This document shows, one piece after another, positions 23,156 to 31,158 of a stretch of 32,000 bases of DNA. Numbering within the stretch: position 1 is the stretch's first letter; each line of letters opens with the position of its first letter. The position numbers and the translations under genes are program-made. The DNA is from Candidatus Scalindua sp. (GTDB taxonomy: Bacteria; Planctomycetota; Brocadiia; Brocadiales; Scalinduaceae). Under the pieces are notes generated by a model that was not told the DNA's origin, ran no database searches, and was given only the letters and a program-made list of their open reading frames with translations. The DNA is taken from positions 1,320,001 through 1,352,000 of the forward strand of contig JALDRA010000001.1 in assembly GCA_031316235.1 (NCBI GenBank), read 5' to 3'.

Positions 23156-23986
23156 TTAGATTTTTGCACCGCAGAATTTACAGTATACGGCATCGTTTTC
23201 ATGACCCTCGGCGCTGCACTCCGGGCATGCCTGGGTAGAAACCTTCTTCTTCACCATAGCCTGCGTTATTTCCGCCGTCATGATACCGGTAGGAACCGCA
23301 ATAATTGCAAATCCCAGAATCATGACCAATGCTGCCAGAGCCTGCCCCAGACTTGTCTCTGGAGATATATCGCCATACCCTACAGTCGTAAGTGTTACAA
23401 TAGCCCAGTAAACACTTCGCGGTATACTCGTAAAGCCGCTCTCTTCACTTTCTATGAGATACATGAGCGAACCTACTATTATCACAATGTTAAAAACGAC
23501 AAACAGGAAGACTGTTATCTTACGACGGCCTGCACGTAAAGCCTCTATGAGGATATTGGCCTCACCAAGATAATAGACAAGTTTCAGAACTCGAAAGATG
23601 CGAAGAACCCTGAGCAATCTGATTACCAGGAGATACTGACTGCCCGGGAACAACAGGCTGAGATACGTAGGAGCTATTGCCAACAGATCCACTACCCCGA
23701 AAAAGCTTTTTACATACATGAACGGACGGCCGACACAGAGCAATCGCAAACTGTACTCAATTGTGAAGAGGATAGTAAAGATCCATTCAATCCAATAGAG
23801 TAAGCCGCCATATCGGCTGCTTACAGCGCTTATGCTGTCAAGCATTACGGCGGTAACGCTCAGCACTATGCAGCATAACAATACTATATCAAACGTTTTG
23901 CCTAACGGAGTATCCGCCTCAAAAATTACTTCATGGAGAACAGATCTCCATTTCCTGTCAGATAACCTATTTTTGTCTGGTTGCAT
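23156..23986 (-). CDS. Voltage-gated K+ channel (six-TM Kv-type) with a C-terminal zinc-ribbon tail
   Basis: - S4 with Arg at every third position (RLLRVLRIFRVLK).
- Selectivity filter TLTTVGYGD.
- C-terminal CPECS-x12-CKFCG. Confidence 0.85.
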   Translation of the reverse strand: MQPDKNRLSDRKWRSVLHEVIFEADTPLGKTFDIVLLCCIVLSVTAVMLDSISAVSSRYGGLLYWIEWIFTILFTIEYSLRLLCVGRPFMYVKSFFGVVDLLAIAPTYLSLLFPGSQYLLVIRLLRVLRIFRVLKLVYYLGEANILIEALRAGRRKITVFLFVVFNIVIIVGSLMYLIESEESGFTSIPRSVYWAIVTLTTVGYGDISPETSLGQALAALVMILGFAIIAVPTGIMTAEITQAMVKKKVSTQACPECSAEGHENDAVYCKFCGAKI

Positions 23987-24080
23987 AGTGATAAGGTGAG
24001 TATAACAGAAAAACTGGCAGTTAGTACTGTTGAGTTCAAAACTCCGGGTATCTTGACGGATGAAAACTTCAAAAGCAAGG

Positions 24081-24698
24081 TTAAAAATCTCCCGGCACCC
24101 AGAATTCTTTTCTCCCGTCCAGGGTCTTTTTCTCCAGCTCTTTTACCTCTCTTGAGATTTTGTCTACGAACGTTTTGTCATGTATGAAGGGTAAGTTAAT
24201 CCTGACATTGCATAGTGCAGAGAGGACAGCCGCTTTCGCCATTATGATACCCACAGTTCCATCAGAAATGGTATTCCTGTTTCCCTTTTCTACCGCCTCA
24301 CCTGCCAGCTCCATCACTCTGACGGCATCCCCTGCCACGTTCATCGGAATTACGGTAGCCTGTTTCAAACCATTCTGGATCATCTTTTCCCTATGACGTT
24401 TTTCTCTCTCAGTGCCCCTGGGGAGCTGCATGGCAGATATCACAGTTCCATAAGCATTTGAATCGTTATCAACGGCAGATACAAGCTTCTCTCTTAATCG
24501 AATTGCTTCCTGTGAAAGAATCTGCATATCTTCTTCCACTGCTTCATAACCCTTTTTGCCGAGGGTCAGATTCGCTACCATCTCTGCCAGGCTCGCCGCA
24601 AGCGCCGCACTCAAGGCGGCCACACTCCCCCCACCGGGAACAGGTGAGCCCGCTGTGATCTTTTTCAAGAACTCTTTCATGGTGAGATCTGCCAGCAT
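24081..24698 (-). CDS. Formimino-tetrahydrofolate cyclodeaminase (FTCD C-terminal-domain family), stand-alone
   Basis: - N-terminal FLKKITAGSPVPGGGSVAALSAALAASLAEMVANLT is the family signature.
- AAGAGGA 6 nt upstream of the ATG at 24698. Confidence 0.8.
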   Translation of the reverse strand: MLADLTMKEFLKKITAGSPVPGGGSVAALSAALAASLAEMVANLTLGKKGYEAVEEDMQILSQEAIRLREKLVSAVDNDSNAYGTVISAMQLPRGTEREKRHREKMIQNGLKQATVIPMNVAGDAVRVMELAGEAVEKGNRNTISDGTVGIIMAKAAVLSALCNVRINLPFIHDKTFVDKISREVKELEKKTLDGRKEFWVPGDF

Positions 24699-24721
24699 GA
24701 TACATCCTCTTTTATCGTGGT

Positions 24722-24860
24722 TGAACGAAAACTACCCATCTACTGCGTTGCGGCAATAATTCAGTAATCCTCATGTACAATATGGTACGCTCCGGTTACA
24801 AAATTATTACGTTTCTTGTGTATCTGGACCGTTTTGAATCAGCCACAGGGTTTCCGCTCA
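24722..24860 (+). repeat. Family-B palindromic element, copy B2 (more degenerate)
   Basis: - The first ~90 nt are nearly identical to B1 (TGAACGAAAACTAC-CATCTAC-GCGTTGC-GCAATAAT...GTACGCTCCGGTTAC).
- It fills the whole hutI-cyclodeaminase spacer.
- Its last 3 nt (TCA, 24858-24860) are the hutI stop codon. Confidence 0.8.
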
Positions 24861-26138
24861 AGTACCTTTTATCTGCAATTGTTCCCTTCCTTTATCAAAT
24901 ACGAGATTACCGTTTTTGATGACTTTTTCGACACAGCTTACCCCTGCATGATAGGGAATAAATTCATATGAAGGAAACTCAAGGATTACGACATCACCGG
25001 CTTTTCCCACATCGAGGCTGCCGATTTTATCTGCACGGTCAACTGCTGCGGCACCATTTATCGTTAACGCCGTAATCGCCTCTTCAATCGTAATCTCCAT
25101 AGAGAGGGTGGCCAATGCACAGACAAGCGGGATCGATTCCGAAAAGCAGCTTCCCGGGTTGAAATCAGTTGCCAGTGCGACCGCACAGCCTTGATCGATA
25201 ATATAGCGTCCTCGAGCGTAAGGCTGCCGGAGACAGAATGCAGTTCCCGGAAGCAGCGTTGCAATGACTCCCTCTTTTGCCATTCTGGTAATACCTTTGT
25301 CTGAGGCGTGGAGCAGATGGTCGGCTGAAACTGCCCCGAGTTCGGCCGCCAGTTCAGCTCCTCCGAGCGGGAATATTTCATCGGCATGCATCTTCACCTT
25401 GAACCCGAGAGTCTTCGCTTTGAGGAGTAACCGCTGAGATTGAGCGAGCGAAAAGACATCTTTTTCACAAAAGACATCGCAAAATTCTGCAAGATTTCGC
25501 TGGGCAACCTGAGGCATAACGATATCTGCCACATAATCTATATAGTGATCTGCGCCCCCTTTACAATCGACCGGAACGGCATGGGCACCAAGAAAGGTTC
25601 TGACGACATCCACTGCATGCCGCCTGTCAAGAGCCTTCATCGCTTCCAGCTGCTTGATCTCAGCCTGTTCATCCAGGCCGTAACCGCTCTTCCCTTCAAC
25701 GGTTGTTACTCCGAATGACAGCATCGAATCAAGGCGTTTTATGCCTAATGCTATCAGCTCTTCCCAGGTGGCTTCCCGTGTAGCCTTGACCGTACTGGCG
25801 ATCCCGCCACCGCGTTTCATTATTTTCATATAATCGTCACCACGCAGCCGCCAGGAAAACTCTTCTGCCCTATAGCCTGCAAACAGAAAATGGGTATGAG
25901 AATCCACAAACCCAGGTAACACTGACTTTCCCGCCGCATCAATACTCTTGATCCCGGTTTGCTCAAATCTCTTCAGAACCTCTCCACTCTTACCAACAGC
26001 CGTTATTACTCCATTCTCGACAACGAGCGTCCCGTCTTCGATTATGTGTAAATCGGCCATGGCCTTTCCCTGTTTGGCTTTCGAGCCACTACAGGTCACC
26101 AGTTGAGAAGCATTTTTAATTATTATGCTATTCTGCAT
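24858..26138 (-). CDS. hutI: Imidazolonepropionase
   Basis: - PGFVDSHTHFLFAG metal-binding motif.
- HADE and ATDFNPGS motifs of the HutI amidohydrolase family.
- The ATG at 26138 (MQNSIIIKNASQLVTC) fits the family N-terminus. The track start at 26171 is a TTG. Confidence 0.9.
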   Translation of the reverse strand: MQNSIIIKNASQLVTCSGSKAKQGKAMADLHIIEDGTLVVENGVITAVGKSGEVLKRFEQTGIKSIDAAGKSVLPGFVDSHTHFLFAGYRAEEFSWRLRGDDYMKIMKRGGGIASTVKATREATWEELIALGIKRLDSMLSFGVTTVEGKSGYGLDEQAEIKQLEAMKALDRRHAVDVVRTFLGAHAVPVDCKGGADHYIDYVADIVMPQVAQRNLAEFCDVFCEKDVFSLAQSQRLLLKAKTLGFKVKMHADEIFPLGGAELAAELGAVSADHLLHASDKGITRMAKEGVIATLLPGTAFCLRQPYARGRYIIDQGCAVALATDFNPGSCFSESIPLVCALATLSMEITIEEAITALTINGAAAVDRADKIGSLDVGKAGDVVILEFPSYEFIPYHAGVSCVEKVIKNGNLVFDKGREQLQIKGT

Positions 26139-26253
26139 CGGATCATAGTGTACGGCACGGGATATACCCAACCCGGACGAGTCTGAAAAGTATTTTCAGA
26201 TTTACGAATTACGCTTTACCTGACAGACAAAATTCCCTGCTCCAGACTCAAGA

Positions 26254-28329
26254 TTATGGCAGATGCTCAAATGCCTCTGATACCAGGTTTGCGATAAACA
26301 CCTCATCCGTAATAAAGGGAAGTGTAATATGGTCCAGCCCCCTTCTTTCAACATTATGTTTGATGCTGGTCTCTATGGAATGTTCATTTCTTGCCCAGCT
26401 TCGCCTGGCGACACCGCCCATTATGTCCCATGGAATTGCCCGCCTGATAACATCATCAACTCTTTTACTCCCATCCAATACAAGCGCAAAACCCCCGTTT
26501 ATGGCCTTTCCAATACCGACACCGCCGCCATTGTGCAGTGCAACAAGACTCATGCCCCTGGCAGCATTTCCGGCAAAACACTGTGTCGCCATATCCGCCA
26601 TGATATTGCTTCCGTCTTTTATGTTCGCCGTCTCCCTGAAGGGAGAGTCGGTGCCTCCGGTATCGTGATGGTCACGTCCCAGCATCACCGGCCCTATGTG
26701 GCCACCCCGAACCAACTCATTAAATCTGAGAGCAATTTTCATTCTCCCCGCAGCATCCTGATAGAGTATCCTGGCTTGCGTACCGACGACAAGGTTGTGT
26801 TTCTGCGCATCTCTGATCCAGCAGTAATTGTCTTTGTCCTGGAACCTTCTTTCTGGATCGATACACGCCATGGCTGCTTTATCGGTCACAAGAAGGTCCT
26901 CCTCCTTCCCACTCAGGCAAACCCAGCGAAACGGCCCATAACCGTAATCGAATAAGAGCGGCCCCATGATATCTTCAACATAGGAGGGGAATATGAAACC
27001 TTCTCCGGGATCTTTCCCGTTTTTACAGATCTCGTGAACTCCGGCATCAAAAACCGCCTTGAGGAAGCTGTTCCCATAGTCAAAAAAGAAGGTACCCTGG
27101 TCTACCATAATCCTGATCAACTCAAAGTGATGTTTTAATGACCTGTTTACATATCCCTTAAACCCTGCATAATCGGCCGCTAACAGCTTTGTACGCTCAT
27201 CATAGGTCAACCCCTGAGGACAATACCCCCCTTCGTAAGCTGCATGGCATGAAGTCTGGTCAGATAACAAATCGACTCTGATATTTTCCTTCACCGCGTA
27301 TTCGAGAAGATCTACGATGTTACCGTAAAATGCGATGCTGAGGGTCTCTTTTCTCTCCTGGTACTCCTTTGCCGCAGCGAATGCTTCTGCGGGATCATCA
27401 ATGACTTTTTTAATCCAGCCCTGTTTATGCCTTGTCTCAATTCTTGAATAATCTACCTCAGCGATGATGCCGACACCCCGTGCAATTTCCACTGCCTTGC
27501 CCTGGGCTCCGCTCATCCCCCCCAAACCGGACGATACGAAGAGGCACCCGCTCAAGTCCTTCTCTTCCCCGATATTGAGCTTTAGCCTCCCGGCATTCAG
27601 AATAGTGGTGTATGTCCCATGGACAATACCCTGCGGACCGATATACATCCATCCGCCCGCTGTCATCTGCCCGTAATTTGCAACACCCAGCGCTGCAGCC
27701 CTGTGCCAATTCTCCTCGTCATCAAAGCAGCCTACCATAAGGGAGTTGGTAATGATTACGCGTGGAGCTTCCGGCGAGGATTCGAACAGACCGAGCGGGT
27801 GGCCCGATTCAACCACCAGCGTCTGCTGCCTCGTCATCTTTTCAAGATATCGCTTGATAAGCCGGAACTGCATCCAGTTCTGGCAGACCTGTCCGGTTTC
27901 ACCATAGGTAACCAGCTCGTAGGGATAGAGCGCAACCTCAAAATCGAGATTATTATCGATCATGAGTTGAAAGGCCTTTCCCTCAATACACCTGCCTTTA
28001 TACTGATCAACAGGTCTTGCGGTTATATTGCCTTGAGGCCTGAATCTATAGCCATATATCCGGCCGGTGGTAAGGAGCTCCTCCAGAAACTCAGGTGCCA
28101 GTTCCCCGTGCCACTCTTCAGGGATATAGCGAAGTGCATTTTTTACGGCAAGTTCGGTCTCTTTTCGGGATAATGAAAAATTCCTTTTGGGTGCTCTGCG
28201 TACATTCCCCGCAAATTCGGGCATCTGGGGCAATTGGCCAAACTGTTCTGAAAGCTGGATCGACATTGCCTTTGAAATATCGCCATTGTTAACCAAATTC
28301 CTGCTCTCCCTCCGCACTTCGTTACACAT
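26254..28329 (-). CDS. hutU: Urocanate hydratase, long form (691 aa)
   Basis: - Family motifs YGETGQ, LVVESGHPLG, TAGGWMYIGPQGIVHGT, GLGGMSGAQ, GRDHHDTGGTDSPFRET and HNGGGVG.
- About 80 extra N-terminal residues compared with the ~557-aa Pseudomonas type (from memory).
- An alternative start is the ATG at 28266. Confidence 0.9.
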   Translation of the reverse strand: MCNEVRRESRNLVNNGDISKAMSIQLSEQFGQLPQMPEFAGNVRRAPKRNFSLSRKETELAVKNALRYIPEEWHGELAPEFLEELLTTGRIYGYRFRPQGNITARPVDQYKGRCIEGKAFQLMIDNNLDFEVALYPYELVTYGETGQVCQNWMQFRLIKRYLEKMTRQQTLVVESGHPLGLFESSPEAPRVIITNSLMVGCFDDEENWHRAAALGVANYGQMTAGGWMYIGPQGIVHGTYTTILNAGRLKLNIGEEKDLSGCLFVSSGLGGMSGAQGKAVEIARGVGIIAEVDYSRIETRHKQGWIKKVIDDPAEAFAAAKEYQERKETLSIAFYGNIVDLLEYAVKENIRVDLLSDQTSCHAAYEGGYCPQGLTYDERTKLLAADYAGFKGYVNRSLKHHFELIRIMVDQGTFFFDYGNSFLKAVFDAGVHEICKNGKDPGEGFIFPSYVEDIMGPLLFDYGYGPFRWVCLSGKEEDLLVTDKAAMACIDPERRFQDKDNYCWIRDAQKHNLVVGTQARILYQDAAGRMKIALRFNELVRGGHIGPVMLGRDHHDTGGTDSPFRETANIKDGSNIMADMATQCFAGNAARGMSLVALHNGGGVGIGKAINGGFALVLDGSKRVDDVIRRAIPWDIMGGVARRSWARNEHSIETSIKHNVERRGLDHITLPFITDEVFIANLVSEAFEHLP

Positions 28330-28376
28330 AACCTGCTGACTTTCACTTCAAAACGTAGGGATCAATATTCTGACCA

Positions 28377-28386
28377 GCCCCCCCCC
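28377..28386. repeat. Homopolymeric C10 tract (G10 on the hutU strand)
   Basis: Read directly. It lies 48 nt upstream of the hutU ATG, inside a locally GC-rich patch of an otherwise AT-rich 500-bp divergent intergenic region. Confidence 0.9.
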
Positions 28387-28832
28387 CTCCGGATGAACCT
28401 GCTCCTCAGCCTTCCGTCCTTACCGGCACGGTCTGACAGCAATCATTACGGCGGGGGGAGAGCCCGATAGGCAGCGACCTGATTTCCGGCGGACAGTGAA
28501 CATTTACGAATATTGTACCCTTCGAACAGGTTCAAATCAAAGGGAAATTACGGAAGATTCAATCTGAGAGACCGAAGAGTCACCGCGATATCCAGCTGGT
28601 CAAGAGATCCTTCAACCCTTATCGTGTGAGAATAGTTCCCCATTGAATTAATGGGACCAGCACTCCTTACAGAATATAAATGACTCGTCACTTCTCAAAA
28701 AGAAATCTGTGATACTATCCAAAAAATCATTTTGCAATGGATATATATATAGAATAGAATGAACTGCTGAGAAACATAACAGTCTTTTACATTACTTCAT
28801 CGAATAATTCACTTTTAGCTCAGGAGGTATCC

Positions 28833-29342
28833 ATGTACGAGAAGAGTATAGAATTAATGAACCTGGCAGTAGCTGATGAAATACAAGCCGTACATCAGTA
28901 TATGTATTTCCATTTCCACTGTGATAACCAGGGATACGATCTTTTGTCAAACCTGTTTAGAAAAACTGCGATAGAAGAGATGTCTCACGTTGAACTCATC
29001 GCAGAGAGAATACTCTTTCTTAAAGGAGATGTGGAAATGATACCAAAATCTAATCCGGACAAACTCCACGATGTTAAAGATATGCTGAAGCAGTCTCTCT
29101 CCATGGAAGTGCAGAGCATTAAAGACTATAACAATTCAATAATAGCGTGCACGACACATTCCGATTCTGTTACCCGGAAGCTTTTCGAGCAACTCGTTAT
29201 GGATGAAGAGCGTCATATGGATCAATTTGACACAGAGCTTGAAAATTTGAAGAAATTCGGTGATCAATACCTGGCTCTTCAATCTATTGAGAGAAGTAAA
29301 ACAGTGGCAACACAGACGGGAGCAAACCAGACGGGCGCCTGA
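28833..29342 (+). CDS. bfr: Bacterioferritin
   Basis: - AGGAGG 5 nt upstream of the ATG.
- Di-iron ligand pattern E...EEMSH...E...EERH.
- The Met of EEMSH aligns with the haem-ligand Met52 of E. coli Bfr (DEMKH).
- ERILFL is conserved. Confidence 0.85.
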   Translation: MYEKSIELMNLAVADEIQAVHQYMYFHFHCDNQGYDLLSNLFRKTAIEEMSHVELIAERILFLKGDVEMIPKSNPDKLHDVKDMLKQSLSMEVQSIKDYNNSIIACTTHSDSVTRKLFEQLVMDEERHMDQFDTELENLKKFGDQYLALQSIERSKTVATQTGANQTGA

Positions 29343-29448
29343 AAACATTTCCATGGTACATGAATATACCTTTCCCCATGCGTCTCACAGGAATTTTCTC
29401 AATAGAACCGGCAGTTTACTGGTTTGTGAATGCATCTCATTTTGAGTG

Positions 29449-29496
29449 ACCTGCCCGAAACTGGAATGTGTACAATCAGTCGGGCAGGTTTCTTTC
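29449..29496 (+). terminator. Hairpin plus T-rich tail downstream of bfr
   Basis: Perfect 10-bp stem ACCTGCCCGA/TCGGGCAGGT with a 21-nt loop, followed by TTCTTTC. It lies about 105 nt after the bfr stop. Confidence 0.45.
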
Positions 29497-29535
29497 AGAC
29501 TGAGAACGGCAATTTGCTGACTACGCAGACAATTC

Positions 29536-29566
29536 CATCTCATAATGGTTCAACATGAAAATTGAT
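29536..29566 (+). repeat. Family-A left-arm fragment
   Basis: CATCTCATAATGGTT is identical to 15 nt of A1, followed by ...AAAATTGA. The small hairpin in between has been replaced or lost. Confidence 0.5.
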
Positions 29567-29702
29567 TATTAAACTCCTCCGGCAGGACCAATTATCTTCT
29601 CTGATATCCCGTATTCATACATAATGAATAACTCCCTTCTTATTTTCCATCAGCCTTTATTACTCTCTTCGTCCTCTGGGCCGCTGCGTTAAAACAGAAC
29701 AC

Positions 29703-29732
29703 TACCCGTCCACCCGTACCGAACTGGCATGT
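29703..29732 (+). repeat. Family-D short intergenic motif, copy D3
   Basis: TACCCGTCCACCCGTACCGAACTGGCATGTT; see D1 and D2. It lies about 60 nt beyond the stop of the HExxH gene. Confidence 0.6.
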
Positions 29733-29794
29733 TCTGATGAAAAACCCTCACCTACAAAGAGTGTTACATGAACCCGGGATAAAACCCGATTGGA

Positions 29795-30361
29795 TTATAT
29801 ATCCAGGTTTTTGCACTCCCGGGCAAGCCTCTTCGCACCGGGAACGAGCTCTTGTGAAGATTTTGAAGATTTAATAACCTCCCAGAGATCCTGAATGACC
29901 CCACTCTCATATAATTTCTTACACCGTTCACTATGTAATCCCTCAGCGATATCGACATCAAATAATACATATTCAAGTTCTCGCCAGAAAAAGCTGCTGC
30001 CCACCATCCCACTGCCCTTCATCTCCTCAATGCTGTCTTTATAGAATCTATTAAAGGTGACTTCAAGTTTTGGATACTGTTGACAAAAATGATAATTGAC
30101 ATAGGCCTGTTCAAGTGTATCCAAAGCACTGGATTCTTCAGAATTCAGATCCCTGAGAGAAACCTCGGTGCTGAACATAACGTGGGCAACTTCATGAAAC
30201 GCCTCCTTGAGGATCATGAAGAAATCGTATTGGTAGTTTGGGAGCACTATCTCCTTTTTACCTGGAAGTGCATATCCGACGGGAACGTCTTTAAAATCGA
30301 TCCGTATCTCGGGATCTAAAACTTGAACACATTTCACAACCATTTGGTGAATTTTTTCCAT
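29795..30361 (-). CDS. Hypothetical protein with an HExxH motif (possible small zinc metallopeptidase)
   Basis: ORF containing FHEVAHVMF. The ATG at 30361 is preferred; the track start at 30367 is a TTG. No family recognised. Confidence 0.6.
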   Translation of the reverse strand: MEKIHQMVVKCVQVLDPEIRIDFKDVPVGYALPGKKEIVLPNYQYDFFMILKEAFHEVAHVMFSTEVSLRDLNSEESSALDTLEQAYVNYHFCQQYPKLEVTFNRFYKDSIEEMKGSGMVGSSFFWRELEYVLFDVDIAEGLHSERCKKLYESGVIQDLWEVIKSSKSSQELVPGAKRLARECKNLDI

Positions 30362-30606
30362 ACTCAAGACCTCATAAACAGAAATTGATAAAATAGGGAG
30401 GAAATCATGTGGGATTCCCGGGCATCCGATCTTACTGAAGAAAGGCAGAAATCCACCGTTAATTTCAGTAACATAGTGGATTGACCAATAAAGAAAGGCC
30501 TTCTTACTCCATTTCGATAAGAAGGCCTGAAACTATGCATCTGCATGAACTTGAACTGTCCACCAGACCGTTAACGTTTTTTTCTTATTTCCGCACGGAA
30601 ACACAC

Positions 30607-31044
30607 CTACATTTCTTCACGAAGTGCGATACCCGTATTTAATAACTCGGGCGCATTCTCAAACGTCAGGTATTCAACCACTTCATCATGAGGATTATGA
30701 AGCTGATGCCACGACCAGATAGGTACTTCAAAAATGTCTCCTGCCTCATAATTCAATTTGTGCCCCTCAACCACAACATACCCTTTCCCTTTGGTAACAT
30801 ACGTTATTGCATGATATGTATGCCGATGTTTCCTCCCCTGTGACCTGGGAGTTATTTCAGAGAACGTCACACTGTATTTTTTCGATGGCAGATCTGCCAT
30901 TGCAATTGGATGCTGTCTCTCGGCAGAAAACGTTTTATCGATACCGGTTTTTCTGACCTGCCGATGTATCAGTTTCTCCGGATCATCGGGAATCTGTGAT
31001 TTAAGGGTTGATCCAACCTTTGGAAAATCTTTTGCGGTAAACAT
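30607..31044 (-). CDS. Cupin-domain protein (145 aa)
   Basis: - Cupin motifs G-x-H-x-H (GRKHRHTYH) and G-x5-P-x-W-W-H (GDIFEVPIWSWHQLHN).
- The ATG at 31044 has AAGGAG 8 nt upstream.
- The track extension to 31167 runs into repeat copy A7. Confidence 0.75.
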   Translation of the reverse strand: MFTAKDFPKVGSTLKSQIPDDPEKLIHRQVRKTGIDKTFSAERQHPIAMADLPSKKYSVTFSEITPRSQGRKHRHTYHAITYVTKGKGYVVVEGHKLNYEAGDIFEVPIWSWHQLHNPHDEVVEYLTFENAPELLNTGIALREEM

Positions 31045-31158
31045 TATATATCTCCTTACTTTGAGTGATCTGAAAATTCTGCTTCCCCTTGATTGCCATA
31101 CTCCCGGGAAAGCTTTCACCAGTTTACAATCGATACAAATCCATAATTGCAGTCCTGA

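Noticed and set aside
26329-28173. Long plus-strand ORFs (26329-26955, 26360-26668, 27619-28173) and nested minus-strand ORFs inside hutU.
   Set aside because: They are antisense or out of frame to a strongly supported urocanase gene, and have no motifs or start contexts. The same reasoning applies to 19054-19575, 21509-21973, 23147-23539, 2817-3338 and 25064-25387.
28529-28538. GGTTCAAATC, a tRNA T-loop-like string.
   Set aside because: The flanking bases cannot form a T-stem (ACAGG against CAAAG), and no acceptor or anticodon arms are present.
28370-28640. I tried to match the hutU leader to a known riboswitch (TPP via CTGAGA, cobalamin via a B12-box-like GTCAGACCGTGCC, THF).
   Set aside because: Only isolated short strings match, and the required companion motifs and helices are absent. 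It is kept only as an unclassified structured or homopolymer region.
28710-28735. A possible Fur box upstream of bfr (TGATACTATCCAAAAAATCATTTTGC).
   Set aside because: It only partially resembles GATAATGATAATCATTATC and the dyad symmetry is poor. That is not enough to call.
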